Source: Macrostomum lignano (taxonomy: Eukaryota). From it: a stretch of DNA of 64,000 nucleotides. The DNA is taken from NCBI GenBank assembly GCA_002269645.1, contig NIVC01000015.1:1-64000 (forward strand), given 5' to 3'. The translations under genes and the position numbers were made by a program. Shown here piece after piece: positions 47,301 through 61,400 of the stretch (the first letter of the stretch is position 1; each line of letters begins with the position of its first letter). The notes below the pieces were generated by a model. The model was not told where the DNA came from, made no database searches, and saw only the letters and a list, made by a program, of their open reading frames with translations.

Positions 47301-50300
47301 AAGGATCTGCGCGTAAAATTTCTTGGCGAAATTTGTTTTAATTGAACACAAAAGTTAAGGGCACGGAGATTACACCCGCACACACGTGGTCCGAAGGTCA
47401 GGTGCAGATTTGGTGCAAGTCAAGCCGTGCCATCCCTTTGAATAGGCCGAAATTTCAATGCTCCACATTGACCCAGGCGGCACACAAATTAATTGCATCG
47501 ACGCACTTAGGCTGGGCTGGCCACAATCTGATGCGGCATGCCAGATCTAGAATGATCTATTCTCCCCTGAAATTCCCTAACAAGGAGGGAGTGTTAAACA
47601 GACCCGGTGCTGACAGCCCCCCCCAACCCCACACCCCGCCGCGTCTAAGCAGGGAATAAAAATTCCAGCCGAAACCGCCTGCGGGAAAATCGCATTTTCA
47701 AACTCCACCCCCCCACTAACAACCCGCCCACCATTCTCCCATTGCAGCACTAATTGCTGCTCTCATAGCCCGGATCCCGAATCCCCAAAACGCCAACTTA
47801 TAGTGAAATATTTTGCAAGCGCCTGGCTAAAAAAAGAAACTGGAGCCTTTCGCCGTGTTGGGCCATGGACTTCTAGATAGACTGGGTAATCTGGATTGGA
47901 CACCTTTGCTAAATCTGTTTTCTACGAATATGAATTTCGTCTTTATCAAAGCGACCCCCACTGGCGTAGCCAGAATTTTACCTGTAGGGGGGGGGGTCAC
48001 GAGCCTGAGCCGCAACACGCGTGGACACGTTCTTTTCGAGGGGAGGCAAGAATCCCAGTTTCGAGTCACTGAACACAAGACAGACAAACACTAGAGCGCC
48101 AAAATAGCGCCACAGAGAGATTTTAGCGCCACAGACAGATTTTAGCGCCACAGACAGATTTTAGCGCCACAGACAGATTTTAGCGCCACAGACAGATTTT
48201 AGCGCCACAGACAAGATTTTAGCGCCACAGACAAGATTTTAGCCCCACAGACAAGATTTTAGCGCCGCAGAGAGATTTTAGCGCCACAGAGAGATTTTAG
48301 CGCCACAGACTAGATTTTAGCGCCACAGACAAGATTTTAGCGCCACCTACAAGACTTTAGCGCCACAGAAAAGATTTTAGCGCCACAGACTAGATTTTAG
48401 CGCCACAGACTAGATTTTAGCGCCACAGACTAGATTTTAGCGCCACCAACTAGATTTTAGCGCCACAACTGATTTTAGCGGCACAGAAAGATTTTAGCGC
48501 CACAGACAAGATTTTAGCGCCACCGACAAGATTTTAGCGCCACAGACAAGATTTTAGCGCCACAGAGAAGATTTTAGCGCCTCAGACAAGATTTTAGCGC
48601 CACAGAGAGATTTTAGCGCCACAGAGAGATTTTAGCGCCACAGAGAGATTTTAGCGCCACAGAGAGATTTTAGCGCCACAGAGAGATTTTAGCGCCACAG
48701 AGAGATTTTAGCGCCACAGAGAGATTTTAGCGCCACAGACAAGATTTTAGCACCACAGACAGATTTTAGCGCCGCAGACAAGATTTTAGCGCCACAGACA
48801 AGATTTTAGCGCCGCAGACTAGATTTTAGCGCCGCAGACTAGATTTTAGCGCCGCATACTAGATTTTAGCGCCGCAGACTAGATTTTAGCGCCGCAGACT
48901 AGATTTTAGCGCCGCAGACTAGATTTTAGCGCCGCATACTAGATTTTAGCGCCGCATACTAGATTTTAGCGCCGCAGACTAGATTTTAGCGCCGCAGACT
49001 AGATTTTAGCGCCGCAGACTAGATTTTAGCGCCGCAGACTAGATTTTAGCGCCGCAGACTAGATTTTAGCGCCGCAGACTAGATTTTAGCGCCGCATACT
49101 AGATTTTAGCGCCGCAGACTAGATTTTAGCGCCGCAGACTAGATTTTAGCGCCGCAGACTAGATTTTAGCGCCGCAGACTAGATTTTAGCGCCGCAGACT
49201 AGATTTTAGCGCCGCATACTAGATTTTAGCGCCGCAGACTAGATTTTAGCGCCGCAGACTAGATTTTAGCGCCGCAGACTAGATTTTAGCGCCGCAGACT
49301 AGATTTTAGCGCCGCAGACTAGATTTTAGCGCCGCATACTAGATTTTAGCGCCGCAGACTAGATTTTAGCGCCGCAGACTAGATTTTAGCGCCGCAGACT
49401 AGATTTTAGCGCCGCAGACTAGATTTTAGCGCCGCAGACTAGATTTTAGCGCCGCAGACTAGATTTTAGCGCCACAGACAGATTTTAGCGCCGCAGACTA
49501 GATTTTAGCGCCGCAGACTAGATTTTAGCGCCACAGACAGATTTTAGCGCCGCAGACTAGATTTTAGCGCCACAGACTAGATTTTAGCGCCGCAGACTAG
49601 ATTTTAGCGCCGCAGACTAGATTTTAGCGCCGCAGACTAGATTTTAGCGCCGCAGACTAGATTTTAGCGCCACAGACTAGATTTTAGCGCCGCAGACTAG
49701 ATTTTAGCGCCGCAGACTAGATTTTAGCGCCGCAGACAAGATTTTAGCGCCACAGACAAGATTTTAGCGCCGCAGACTAGATTTTAGCGCCGCAGACTAG
49801 ATTTTAGCGCCGCATACTAGATTTTAGCGCCGCAGACTAGATTTTAGCGCCGCAGACTAGATTTTAGCGCCGCAGACTAGATTTTAGCGCCGCATACTAG
49901 ATTTTAGCGCCGCATACTAGATTTTAGCGCCGCAGACTAGATTTTAGCGCCGCAGACTAGATTTTAGCGCCGCAGACTAGATTTTAGCGCCGCAGACTAG
50001 ATTTTAGCGCCGCAGACTAGATTTTAGCGCCGCAGACTAGATTTTAGCGCCGCATACTAGATTTTAGCGCCGCAGACTAGATTTTAGCGCCGCAGACTAG
50101 ATTTTAGCGCCGCAGACTAGATTTTAGCGCCGCAGACTAGATTTTAGCGCCGCAGACTAGATTTTAGCGCCGCATACTAGATTTTAGCGCCGCAGACTAG
50201 ATTTTAGCGCCGCAGACTAGATTTTAGCGCCGCAGACTAGATTTTAGCGCCGCAGACTAGATTTTAGCGCCGCAGACTAGATTTTAGCGCCGCATACTAG

Positions 50301-52030
50301 ATTTTAGCGCCGCAGACTAGATTTTAGCGCCGCAGACTAGATTTTAGCGCCGCAGACTAGATTTTAGCGCCGCAGACTAGATTTTAGCGCCGCAGACTAG
50401 ATTTTAGCGCCGCAGACTAGATTTTAGCGCCACAGACAGATTTTAGCGCCGCAGACTAGATTTTAGCGCCGCAGACTAGATTTTAGCGCCACAGACAGAT
50501 TTTAGCGCCGCAGACTAGATACTAGAGCCATAGGCAAGATGTTAACGCCAAGTTAGCATCGCAGACTTCGCATATTTCTTTCTAAAGCCTCGTGGATAGA
50601 GTTGGGAAATCAGGGGTTCGTTTCCACTCTCCAGACCGCTAGTTTTGGGGCACCGTGTCCGGCTAAACCGCGGATGATAAATAGTCTTTGCTGATTTCGC
50701 TGGGGCTGCAGAGGGAAAACACAAGAATGTTGTACTTTTTTAAGCTTAGGAATTCTCTCGGCTAATAAATGATGCACAAAACACACACTTTGCCCATTTT
50801 TATTGCAGAGATTAGCTCCGATTAATCTGGCATGTGGAAGCATATACTTTCACATAGCTATAACCCACACGATTTTGCTATCAGCTTGCGTAAAAGGACC
50901 TATAAGCCTACCATAAATACTAGCGAAATCGCATGGATAAAAATAACGAAGTTGGCAATTTCGGTGCATCGGAACTCGAATCGGCTTGGAACGGATAAAA
51001 TCCTATATACTAAAAATGAAATTAGCTCTAAAAATAGAATCACGAAGATATTGAGATCCGATTTAGTTACTTCGGAGAGAATTTCGATTCCGCAACGAAC
51101 CTCTGGCAATAGCCTTTACAATTAGCCTCATGGAATTGCCGCGGATTTTCCATCAGCGGGGTCTCTTCCTCTGATCACGTGTACAATAGGCGGCTACATG
51201 GCTGTACTCTCACTTTTTTGACTCCACGGAATTCCCATGGACTCCCCTGCGGCGGAGTTCATAAGTGTACACTGTACATATTAGCCCCTATGCTCTCTTA
51301 AAAGAACCCACAGAAATTCCATGAATTTCCCTGAGAGCTATTTTCCTAGCTGGAGTTTTATACAAGACCACTGAAACTAAACTGTCTCGAAAAGGGCCGT
51401 TTTACGACCGTAACAAAACATAAACACTGAAGCATTTTCTCTTGAAATAAATTGATTGAAAGGCAATTTTGATAAAAATAAGTAGGGTTTCACTGAATTC
51501 AATGCTGCAATTGGTTGGAGTTAGACAAAAAGCAGTAAGAACACTTTCGCCCACGACCAAGACGCGATAATCGCTAGCTTGTGGCCGTAAAAACGTGGCC
51601 CCGCATATTTCTTCCCTTGCCCAGCAAACAGGCAGAGATGAACGGCAGAAGACACTAAAAGTCGTAATGCGATCCGGACCCTCAGGCTTTGGCCCTGACC
51701 CTAAGACCCGATGCTTTATCAGCAAGCCGCCTCTCTGGCATAGGAGGGCTGAACAGAGAGCCACCACCAGCGACATCCACACGGAGACTGGAAATCTAGT
51801 AAAGTGGACGTCGCAGTCGCTTTGACATCATAAATATTCGCTGCGATCCTCTAATCTGACACAGGCAGACGGCTGAAGGTGAACTGCATAAAGTTATACG
51901 GATGAATCTGATCTGAATACAGATAGCTGCAGTGCATTTGATTCTAGAATTATATAACTTGATTATAAAATGCCGAAGGTCTGGTCTGACTAGGCTAGAC
52001 TAGATAGATGGATAGATAGATGGATAGATG

Positions 52031-52065
<35 letters not shown>

Positions 52066-52178
52066 GGATAGATAGATAGATGGATGGATAGATAGATAGA
52101 TAGATAGATGGATGGATAGATAGATAGATGGATAGATAGATGGATAGATGGATAGATAGATAGATAGATTGATGGATG

Positions 52179-52229
<51 letters not shown>

Positions 52230-52230
52230 G

Positions 52231-52292
<62 letters not shown>

Positions 52293-52318
52293 GAGAGAGA
52301 TAGATAGATAGAAAGATG

Positions 52319-52401
<83 letters not shown>

Positions 52402-52402
52402 G

Positions 52403-52442
<40 letters not shown>

Positions 52443-52443
52443 T

Positions 52444-52489
<46 letters not shown>

Positions 52490-52502
52490 GGATAGATAGA
52501 TG

Positions 52503-52536
<34 letters not shown>

Positions 52537-52537
52537 G

Positions 52538-52628
<91 letters not shown>

Positions 52629-52666
52629 GAGATAGATAGAGAGATAGATAGATGGATAGATAGATG

Positions 52667-52741
<75 letters not shown>

Positions 52742-52785
52742 GGATAGATAGATGGATAGATAGATAGATAGATAGATAGATAGAG

Positions 52786-52880
<95 letters not shown>

Positions 52881-52918
52881 GAGATAGATAGAGAGATAGA
52901 TAGATGGATAGATAGATG

Positions 52919-53016
<98 letters not shown>

Positions 53017-53073
53017 GAGATAGATAGATAGATAGACAGATAGATAGATAGAAAGATAGATAGATAGATAGAT

Positions 53074-53104
<31 letters not shown>

Positions 53105-56100
53105 AAGAAAGATAGATAGATAGATAGATCGATAGATAAATAGATAGATAGATAGATAGACATATAGATAGGCAGCTAGAAGACATCGGTAATGGTCATT
53201 TTGGCTTCAGTTTATTTTCAACCTTCAGCATCACCCAGAGCAACATCAGGATCAGGTAAACAAGCCACTAAAAACCAGTCGGGCCGCACAGACGCAGCTT
53301 CCGCAAAGTTGATGGAGCGGGTCGGCAGGCAAGGCAAGCCCGCAAGCCGCACAGAGCATCAGCTGATGAAGAGGCTGGTTAATCTGACAGGAGAAAAATA
53401 AGCCTCCAGCCTCAGCCAACAGAGGGTTATCAAACTCCTTATCCAACCCAGCAGGAAATCCTGCATGCGGTGGAGTTTTGAGCATGCGAAGCCAAGGCTA
53501 CTTAAAGCCTGAGAAGTTTATTTTCCAAGAACTGCGGAAGAGAAGCGAACCGCTCGCCATGGCGACAATCCAGAGGCACTGAATGATTTACAATCCTCAG
53601 TTGCCTTTTTCTGCAACCAAACTACCTTATCGAAGCGTGCGAAAAACGGCGGTCACTGAGACTCAAAAATAAGTTCGAGGAAGTGATAACAACCTTTTAC
53701 GCCTTGATTTATGGTGAAGAAATTGCCTCATGCAGGGAAGCCGGACACGGATTGAAATCTCAACTGCCTTCCTCTTCTCTCCCTCCTCTCTTTCCTCTTC
53801 TCTCCCTCCTCTCCTTCCTCTTCTCTCCCTCCTCTCCTTCCTGTTCTCTCCCTCCTCTCCTTCCTCTTCTCTCCCTCCTCTCCTTCCTCTTCTCTCCCTC
53901 CTCTCCTTCCTCTTCTCTCCCTCCTCTCTTTCCTCTTCTCTCCCTCCTCTCTTTCCTCTTCTCTCCCTCCTCTCCTTCCTCTTCTCTCCCTCCTCTCTTT
54001 CCTCTTCTTTCCCTCCTCTCCTTCCTCTTCTCTCCCTCCTCTCTTTCCTCTTCTTTCCCTCCTCTCCTTCCTCTTCTCTCCCTCCTCTCCTTCCTCTTCT
54101 CTCCCTCCTCTCCTTCCTCTTCTCTCCCTCCTCTCCTTCCTCTTCTCTCCCTCCTCTCTTTCTTCTTCTCTCCCTCCTCTCCTTCCTCTTCTCTCCCTCC
54201 TCTCCTTCCTCTTCTCCTTTCTCTTCTCTCCCTCCTCTCCTTTCTCTTCTCTCCCTCCTCTCGTTCCACTTCTCTCGATTTGTCTCACTCCTACTTCGTT
54301 CCGCCTATTCCATTTTTAAAGTACATTCAGACCATCTAGCGTAACTCAAACTATGATTCCTAACCTGTGTGTTTTAAAGTTTTTCGCACCAATGAGCATT
54401 TGTTTCATGCTTAGTTTGTTGAGAAAGGCAACATGACATTGGTTTTTAATTAGCAAATTTAAAAAAAAAGTTGTTAAAACTTCACACATCAGAAACATGC
54501 GCGCACGGTTCACCTAGTAGACTTTGGGCTGAGAGGGGGGTTACGGTGCCACTGCAGCGCATCAGTAAGGGTCAAAGATGACTATAACAGCTGCTGCTAG
54601 GCCATCACCAAGAGGTAAGAGCCAGAGAGCCCACCTGGAGTGAACACACAGACACTCCCTACTACAGGCGTTTAGAAGGAAATATGCGCCAAAAGATATT
54701 GCCATCTATAGAGATGGGGGCGCCTCAATGCAGACACGCGCACAGACACTAGATAGGTGCAAGCACACACACACACACACTTACAGATGCTGCACTGTCT
54801 TGCGTGTGCGGTACAGCTTGTCCAAAATGCTACGAGCATCCACTCGCCCCAGTGCCCCACTGATATGCTTGCTAACTAAATAAAAAAGCTTACAATATAC
54901 TTTTTTGAGACCTGAAAAAATTCTGACCTAGCAAAGTAATAAGGCAAATAAAACTGACTAAGCATAGTGCTTGCTCATTTAGGGCCAGCCAAAAAATTAA
55001 ATCATTATTTGATAACCAAGTGCTATCAAGCAGCCGCACTACAGGAGTCGAATTACGCACGCCCACACTAAGATAATGATTAAACGAAAACAACTGCGAC
55101 TGGCGGTCCTCCAGTACAAGCTGAGTCACTCATTTGAACTTTTTTTTAGCTCCAGCCCTTATTTGCGTCCAATAAGTTTAAAAAATACATAAAAAGTGCC
55201 TACTGAATCGAATTGATTTTAATGGTGGAAATCTAAGCAGAGGCTTGAAATCAGAGTTGTTAAAATTGGAAAATGAATAGAAGAGCTACCACAAATTGAA
55301 GCCAATAAAAGTTATAACTTGAGGGATTAGGTAGGTATGACATTCTAAAAATAGCAACAATGTAGACTTTTTTATTTACATTGATGTGGTAACCCATCGC
55401 GGGGTAGAGCGAAGAGGGATGATTAATTAAGCGTAGAATGTACAATGTTGATGCTAGCCAAATCCGTTCTAAAAATAGAAACAATGTACACTCTCACTCA
55501 AGCCCAAAGTCTAAAGGCCTGTGTAAGGAGGGTCATTGAATATGTACAATAATAATATAAGTCGGCTATTCTAAAAATAGAAACAGAAACGATAAGGCCC
55601 ACCACTCACGGCTAGCCGCACCCCGGCCTCAGTGTCTGGCACAGGGGCGCAGTCGCCAGTCTCCCGCTGATAGGCCGTCGGCGCTCTCAAAGCCAGGCTA
55701 CGGCAGGCATCCCCAGATACGGCCAGCGACTCGCAGCGACCGCTGACGCCGCTGTCTGATTCGTTGACAGCAAACACGAAGCCAGTTGGACAGCGGGGCG
55801 GCTCGGTGCGTGGTCCTGCGGATGAAATTGGGAAAAATTGATGCTTATGTCTAAAAGGTTACAGCCACGGTCACTCCAAGGTGGTAAAAGCAGTTTCGAT
55901 GCTTACTTTGGCGCTATGGCATACATTTTGGCACTCCAGTACCCATTTTGGCACTGCAGTACCCATTTTGGCACTCCAGTACCCATTTTGGCACTCAAGT
56001 ACCCATTTTGGCACTCCAGTACCAATTTTGGCACTGCAGTACCCATTTTGGCACTCCAGTACCCATTTTGGCACTCAAGTACCCATTCCGGCACTCCAGT

Positions 56101-58141
56101 ACCAATTTTGGCACTCAAGTACCCATTCCGGCACTCCAGTAGCCATTCCGGCACTCCAAGTACCAATTTTGGCACTCAAGTACCCATTCCGGCACTCCAG
56201 TACCAATTTTGGCACTCAAGTACCCATTCCGGCACTCCAGTAGCCATTCCGGCACTCAAGTAGCAATTTTGGCACTCAAGTACCCATTCCGGCACTCCAG
56301 TACCAATTTTGGCACTCAAGTACCCATTCCGGCACTCCAGTAGCCATTCCGGCACTCAAGTACCAATTTTGGCACTCAAGTACCCATTCCGGCACTCCAG
56401 TACCCATTCCGGCACTCCAGAACCTATTCAGGCACTCTAAAACACACCTTGGCACTCCGGTACCCATTCCGGCACCCTAAAAAACACATCTTGGCACTCC
56501 AACAACCATTTTGGCACTTAAACGCTAACGAAGTCGCCCATAAAACTTCAGTTGAACACAATCACAAAACATAACTGATACAAGAAGAGCGCATGCATAT
56601 TTTTATGCACATCAATAACTTAGATAATATGGAAGTCATAAAATCGCACGCAAATACAAAGGCACCGCAATTTTAGTGTCAGTGTCACATCCCACAAATG
56701 AGAATTAGACAGCAAAAACCCGATTGAACAGGCCGCGCGGACACAAGTCAAGTAAACAAAAGCGGTAATGGCGGTGGTTTACATTTCCTGCTACAGAAAG
56801 CAAAAAATTACAGATAAAAACAAAAATAAATGCGATATGATATAGAGCGACTGCATCTATGGATATTCGGAAAGAACATTATGGCCTCATTATTAACTAT
56901 TAGTGGCGCTGGGTGGGCCGTTCTTAGGACCACACAGGCCGGCACAGACACTCAGTAAGTTTCAACTCGCAGATTTTTGCACAATACGCACCGAATGACT
57001 TTTTCTAAACAAATTCTATAAAATGCTTTACGAATTTTATGCGCTGGACAAATTTGGCAATGATGACTCATGGGAGGAGATTCTTGCATGGGGAAGTTGG
57101 GACAGTTGGAGTGACAGATAGTACAGGGGGAGAGAGATACAGCGGCAGGCTGGCATGGACTACTAACACAGCCACGTGGACTGGACAAGGACGGGAAGGC
57201 AGCTAACTATAGAATCAGGGGTTCGGCAAACCCAGGCTCACAAAGCCCCTCTATCCGGCACTCGGGTCTTTGGAACCTTGACAGTCTGGCACCCTCAAGG
57301 TTCTTACCTCTTTTCACTCCCCTCTCATCTCTCCACTCTCTTATCTCTCACCTCTTAACTTCTCTCTTCTATCATCTCTTTCCTCTTCTCTCTCCTCTAT
57401 TCCCCTCTCCTTTCCTCTCATCTGGCCCACAGGCATGAGCTAGATTTTATACCTGGCCCTTGAGGTAAAAATATTTATTTTCAATAATAAACAAATAGTT
57501 CCTCTTTTGATTAGTTTCCAATCCAAATACTAGCAGAATTCAAGAGTCCCTGACAGAGGACACGCCGGGATTCCTAAACCCAGGCCGGCGAAGAGTGTGC
57601 TATAAATAGCACTGCTCGGTCGAGGAAAGGGGAATCAGACTCTGCGCTTGGCTCTCCGCCCATCCACATCTCTTGCCGCCTCTTCCCTGGAAAGTCCGCT
57701 AAGCTAAAGAATCCTCAGTTATGGTGGAGTTCTGGGGATAAATTTGCTCAGACAGTACAGCTGTGCACTAAACTCGCCTCGACGCAAGTGAGTCATCTTG
57801 GACTTAGAGAGGATGAAGTGCTACTCAAAGAAGAGCATAATTTAGATAAAAATCCACAGTTCGTTCACTTTCTCCGTATAGCTGACTGACTTGCAGGCAG
57901 GTCCCAGAGATCCAATAAAAAAGTACATTGGAGACCGGAGAGGCTGGGCGTTCACCATCCCGTCCGGATGCCCCAGCCTTTATACATTCTGGAGAAGAGA
58001 TGTGTGGGTAACTGTAGCTGGTATGCAATATTAATCATCTTTTTGCTGAGATAATTCAATAACTGCACAGAACGAAATTTCCGTCTGTCTGTCTGTCTGT
58101 GTGTCTGTCTGTGTGTCTGTCTGTCTGTCTGTCTGTGTGTG

Positions 58142-58196
<55 letters not shown>

Positions 58197-58281
58197 GTGT
58201 CTGTCTGTGTGTCTGTCTGTGTGTCTGTCTGTCTGTCTGTATGTCTGTCTGTCTGTGTGTCTGTCTGTGTGTCTGTCTGTG

Positions 58282-58326
<45 letters not shown>

Positions 58327-58357
58327 GCCTGTCTGTCTGCCTGTCTGTCTGTCTGCC

Positions 58358-58422
<65 letters not shown>

Positions 58423-61400
58423 GCCTTAGCGTATGTCCTAGTACTTCAGCACCATAGTGTTAATAATTATCAGTGAGTATTTATCATGCAGGATAGTGAT
58501 ACCAGCAATCAACAGGTACTAACAGGTATCCATAAGCTGAACTGAAAAATTAAAAACTGCCTGCAAGTCGTCAACCCCATTAACGGAGTATCGCCCAGAC
58601 GAGAAAGGAGAGAAAGCGAAAAAAAACTTATTGAAAAGGCGGACACAAACTGAAAAGTGCAAATCAGAAGGCTTGTTTGGGATAACGACAGGAGATGGGA
58701 AGCAGATGATGGTAGGGGAGAGGGGCTATTGGGACAAATGAGAATGCAGCAGTCGCAGTTTAAAGAGATGAGGTGGATGATGGGAAAATTAGTGCCAGAC
58801 TCGCAGCTGCAAATCCCGTGAAAAAGTGCCCCATATTTTTTCGCCAGTACGCTCGTAAACTGCTGATCTGCCAATGGCCCAACAGTGCTATTCTGCAATA
58901 CTCAGAATAGCAATAACTTGATGCTGTTGATTCCGTCTCCCCAAGATTTCTCTAAAGCACAAACCGATACAAAAATGTATATTTACAAAAGCAGAGACTG
59001 TTTGGAAGAAAAAAATAGAGGGCCGAAAAAACTTATTGTATATTTTATTATTGACAGAAGTTCAGGCACACCCAGGCAGACTGCGCAGTTTCTGCACCGC
59101 TGTAAGAAATCGAGCAAGTACTGCCCCGCACACACCGATACATACGGTTAGTCCAATTAGACTGAATTAGGTCCTCTTTTTAGAAAGTCTCAGCAGATTT
59201 TGATATTCGCAGTAGTTTTACATTGTTTCAGCTTGCCCATACCCTGGCAACTGACTGGCCTGGAAACCTCACTGCCTACCCTGGCTACCTCACTGTCTAC
59301 CCTGGCTACCTCACTGTCTACCCTGGCTACCTCACTGTCTACCCTGGCTACCTCACTGTCTACCCTGGCTACCCTCACTGTCTACCCTGGCTACCTCACT
59401 GTCTACCCTGGCTACCTCACTGCCTACCCTGGCTACTTTACTGTCTACCCTGGCTACCTCACTGTCTACCCTGGCTACCCTCACTGTCTACCCTGGCTAC
59501 CTCACTGTCTACCCTGGCTACCTCACTGTCTACCCTGGCTACCTCACTGTCTACCCTGGCTACCTCACTGTCTACCCTGGCTACCCTCACTGTCTACCCT
59601 GGCTACCTCACTGTCTACCCTGGCTACCTCACTGCCTACCCTGGCTACTTTACTGTCTACCCTGGCTACCTCACTGTCTACCCTGGCTACCCTCACTGTC
59701 TACCCTGGCTACCTCACTGTCTACCCTGGCTACCTCACTGTCTACCCTGGCTACCTCACTGCCTACCCTGGCTACTTTACTGTCTACCCTGGCTACCTCA
59801 CTGTCTACCCTGGCTACCCTCACTGTCTACCCTGGCTACCTCACTGTCTACCCTGGCTACCTCACTGTCTACCCTGGCTACCTCACTGTCTACTCTGGCT
59901 ACCTTACTGTCTACCCTGGCTGCCTTACTGTCTACCCTGGCTGCCTCACTGTCTACCCTGGCTACCTCACTGTCTACCCTGAAAACCGCTGTCCATATCC
60001 TGGCAACCTTCCTCAAGCAGAAGAATTCGAGTATAAGAACAGGCACAACCACACTTAAAAGATGCAATATTGTAAGAATCAAATAAAAAAGTCAAACATT
60101 TTTTCACATCAAATTGAATCAGACTATTGTAGTTGACACAGCAACCGCGTTATGCTTAGACGAATAAATGGGATTTAGAATACCTGGCCTTGCAATTGTG
60201 CTACTTTGCTGCTCAGAGAATTCGCTGCCTCTATCCCCGTTGCGGCTACTGCTGATGCCACTAGTTGTACTGCTGATGTCATTGCTGCTGCTGCTGCTGT
60301 CGGCAATTTTTGTGCTAGCAACGGTGGCACTTGTCATCACCGACGGGAAATCACTGGTCGTTAGGGACGCTATAGCGCACAATTTTTAAGCGAGTTATTT
60401 TTTTCACGATTGAGACATTAGAAATAGTTGTTTAGAAAAGAAAGAAAAAATACAGTTTTAGAAAGAAAAATAAATAACTCACTTGCTGTTGTGGCTGTCG
60501 TGGTGCTGCTAGTGAATGGCAACGTTGGAGCAACTTCTGCGGAGTGAAAGTTAGGCATAGAGAATTCAGCATAGTTAAACTGCTTTAGCAACTCATGTGG
60601 AAGAATCAGCGTTTGCGAGGAGACGTGAGGTTGGTGAGGAGGAAATGAGGTTGGTGAAGGAGGGAGTGAGGTTGGTGAGGAGGGAGGGAGTGAGGTTAGT
60701 GAGGAGTGAGGTTAGTGAGGAGTGAGGGAGTGAGGAGTGAGGGAGTGAGGTTAGTGAGGAGGGAGGCGAGGGAGGTAGGTTGGTGATGGGGGAGTGAGGT
60801 TAGGGAGGGAGTGAGGTGAGGTTAGTAAGGAGGGAGTGAGATTAGTGAGGAGGAAGTGAGGTTAGTGAGGAGGGAGGCGAGGGAGGCAGGTTGGTGATGG
60901 GGGAATGAGGTTGGTGAGGAGGGATTGAGATTGGTGTAAAGGACAAGGTTACAACGACTTTCCACCACTTCATAAAATCAAATTCATAAAAGAAAAAATC
61001 TTTACTTACTTCTTGACAACACAATATTCATAAAATATAGCTGGTTTCCACTAGCCAGCTCACTGCAGTCTTTTGAGGATCTGAGAAGACGATCGTCTGA
61101 CTTCCCCAATTGATAACAGGCACTTGCAAGCCTGAGTGGGATGTTCAGCACACAGCGCCCAGTTGCACGGAGTTTCAGCTGATCCCTAATGCTGTTTTTC
61201 AGCGATGTATAGCAGTCTCTCAAATTGGAGCTTTCTTCATTCAGGTCCAAGTTTCTCAAACTGAGACAGGCTGGCAATGCCTGACTGGTGTCATCCAAGC
61301 TGCATTGATCTGAGCTACCAATAGGCAAAGGCAGATACTCAATGCGATCAATTGACTCAGTAGAAGACAATTCTGGACATGGGACAAGAATGCTATCTTG

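Noticed and set aside
48100-50520. CTCF-like half motif (GGCGCTA) in the 20-bp array
   Set aside because: Only the 3' half matches in most units, and CTCF is reported absent from flatworms if that is the source.
51990-54344. SIYL-repeat and E/R/G- or S/L/P-rich ORFs
   Set aside because: They are translations of (GATA)n and CT-rich tracts.
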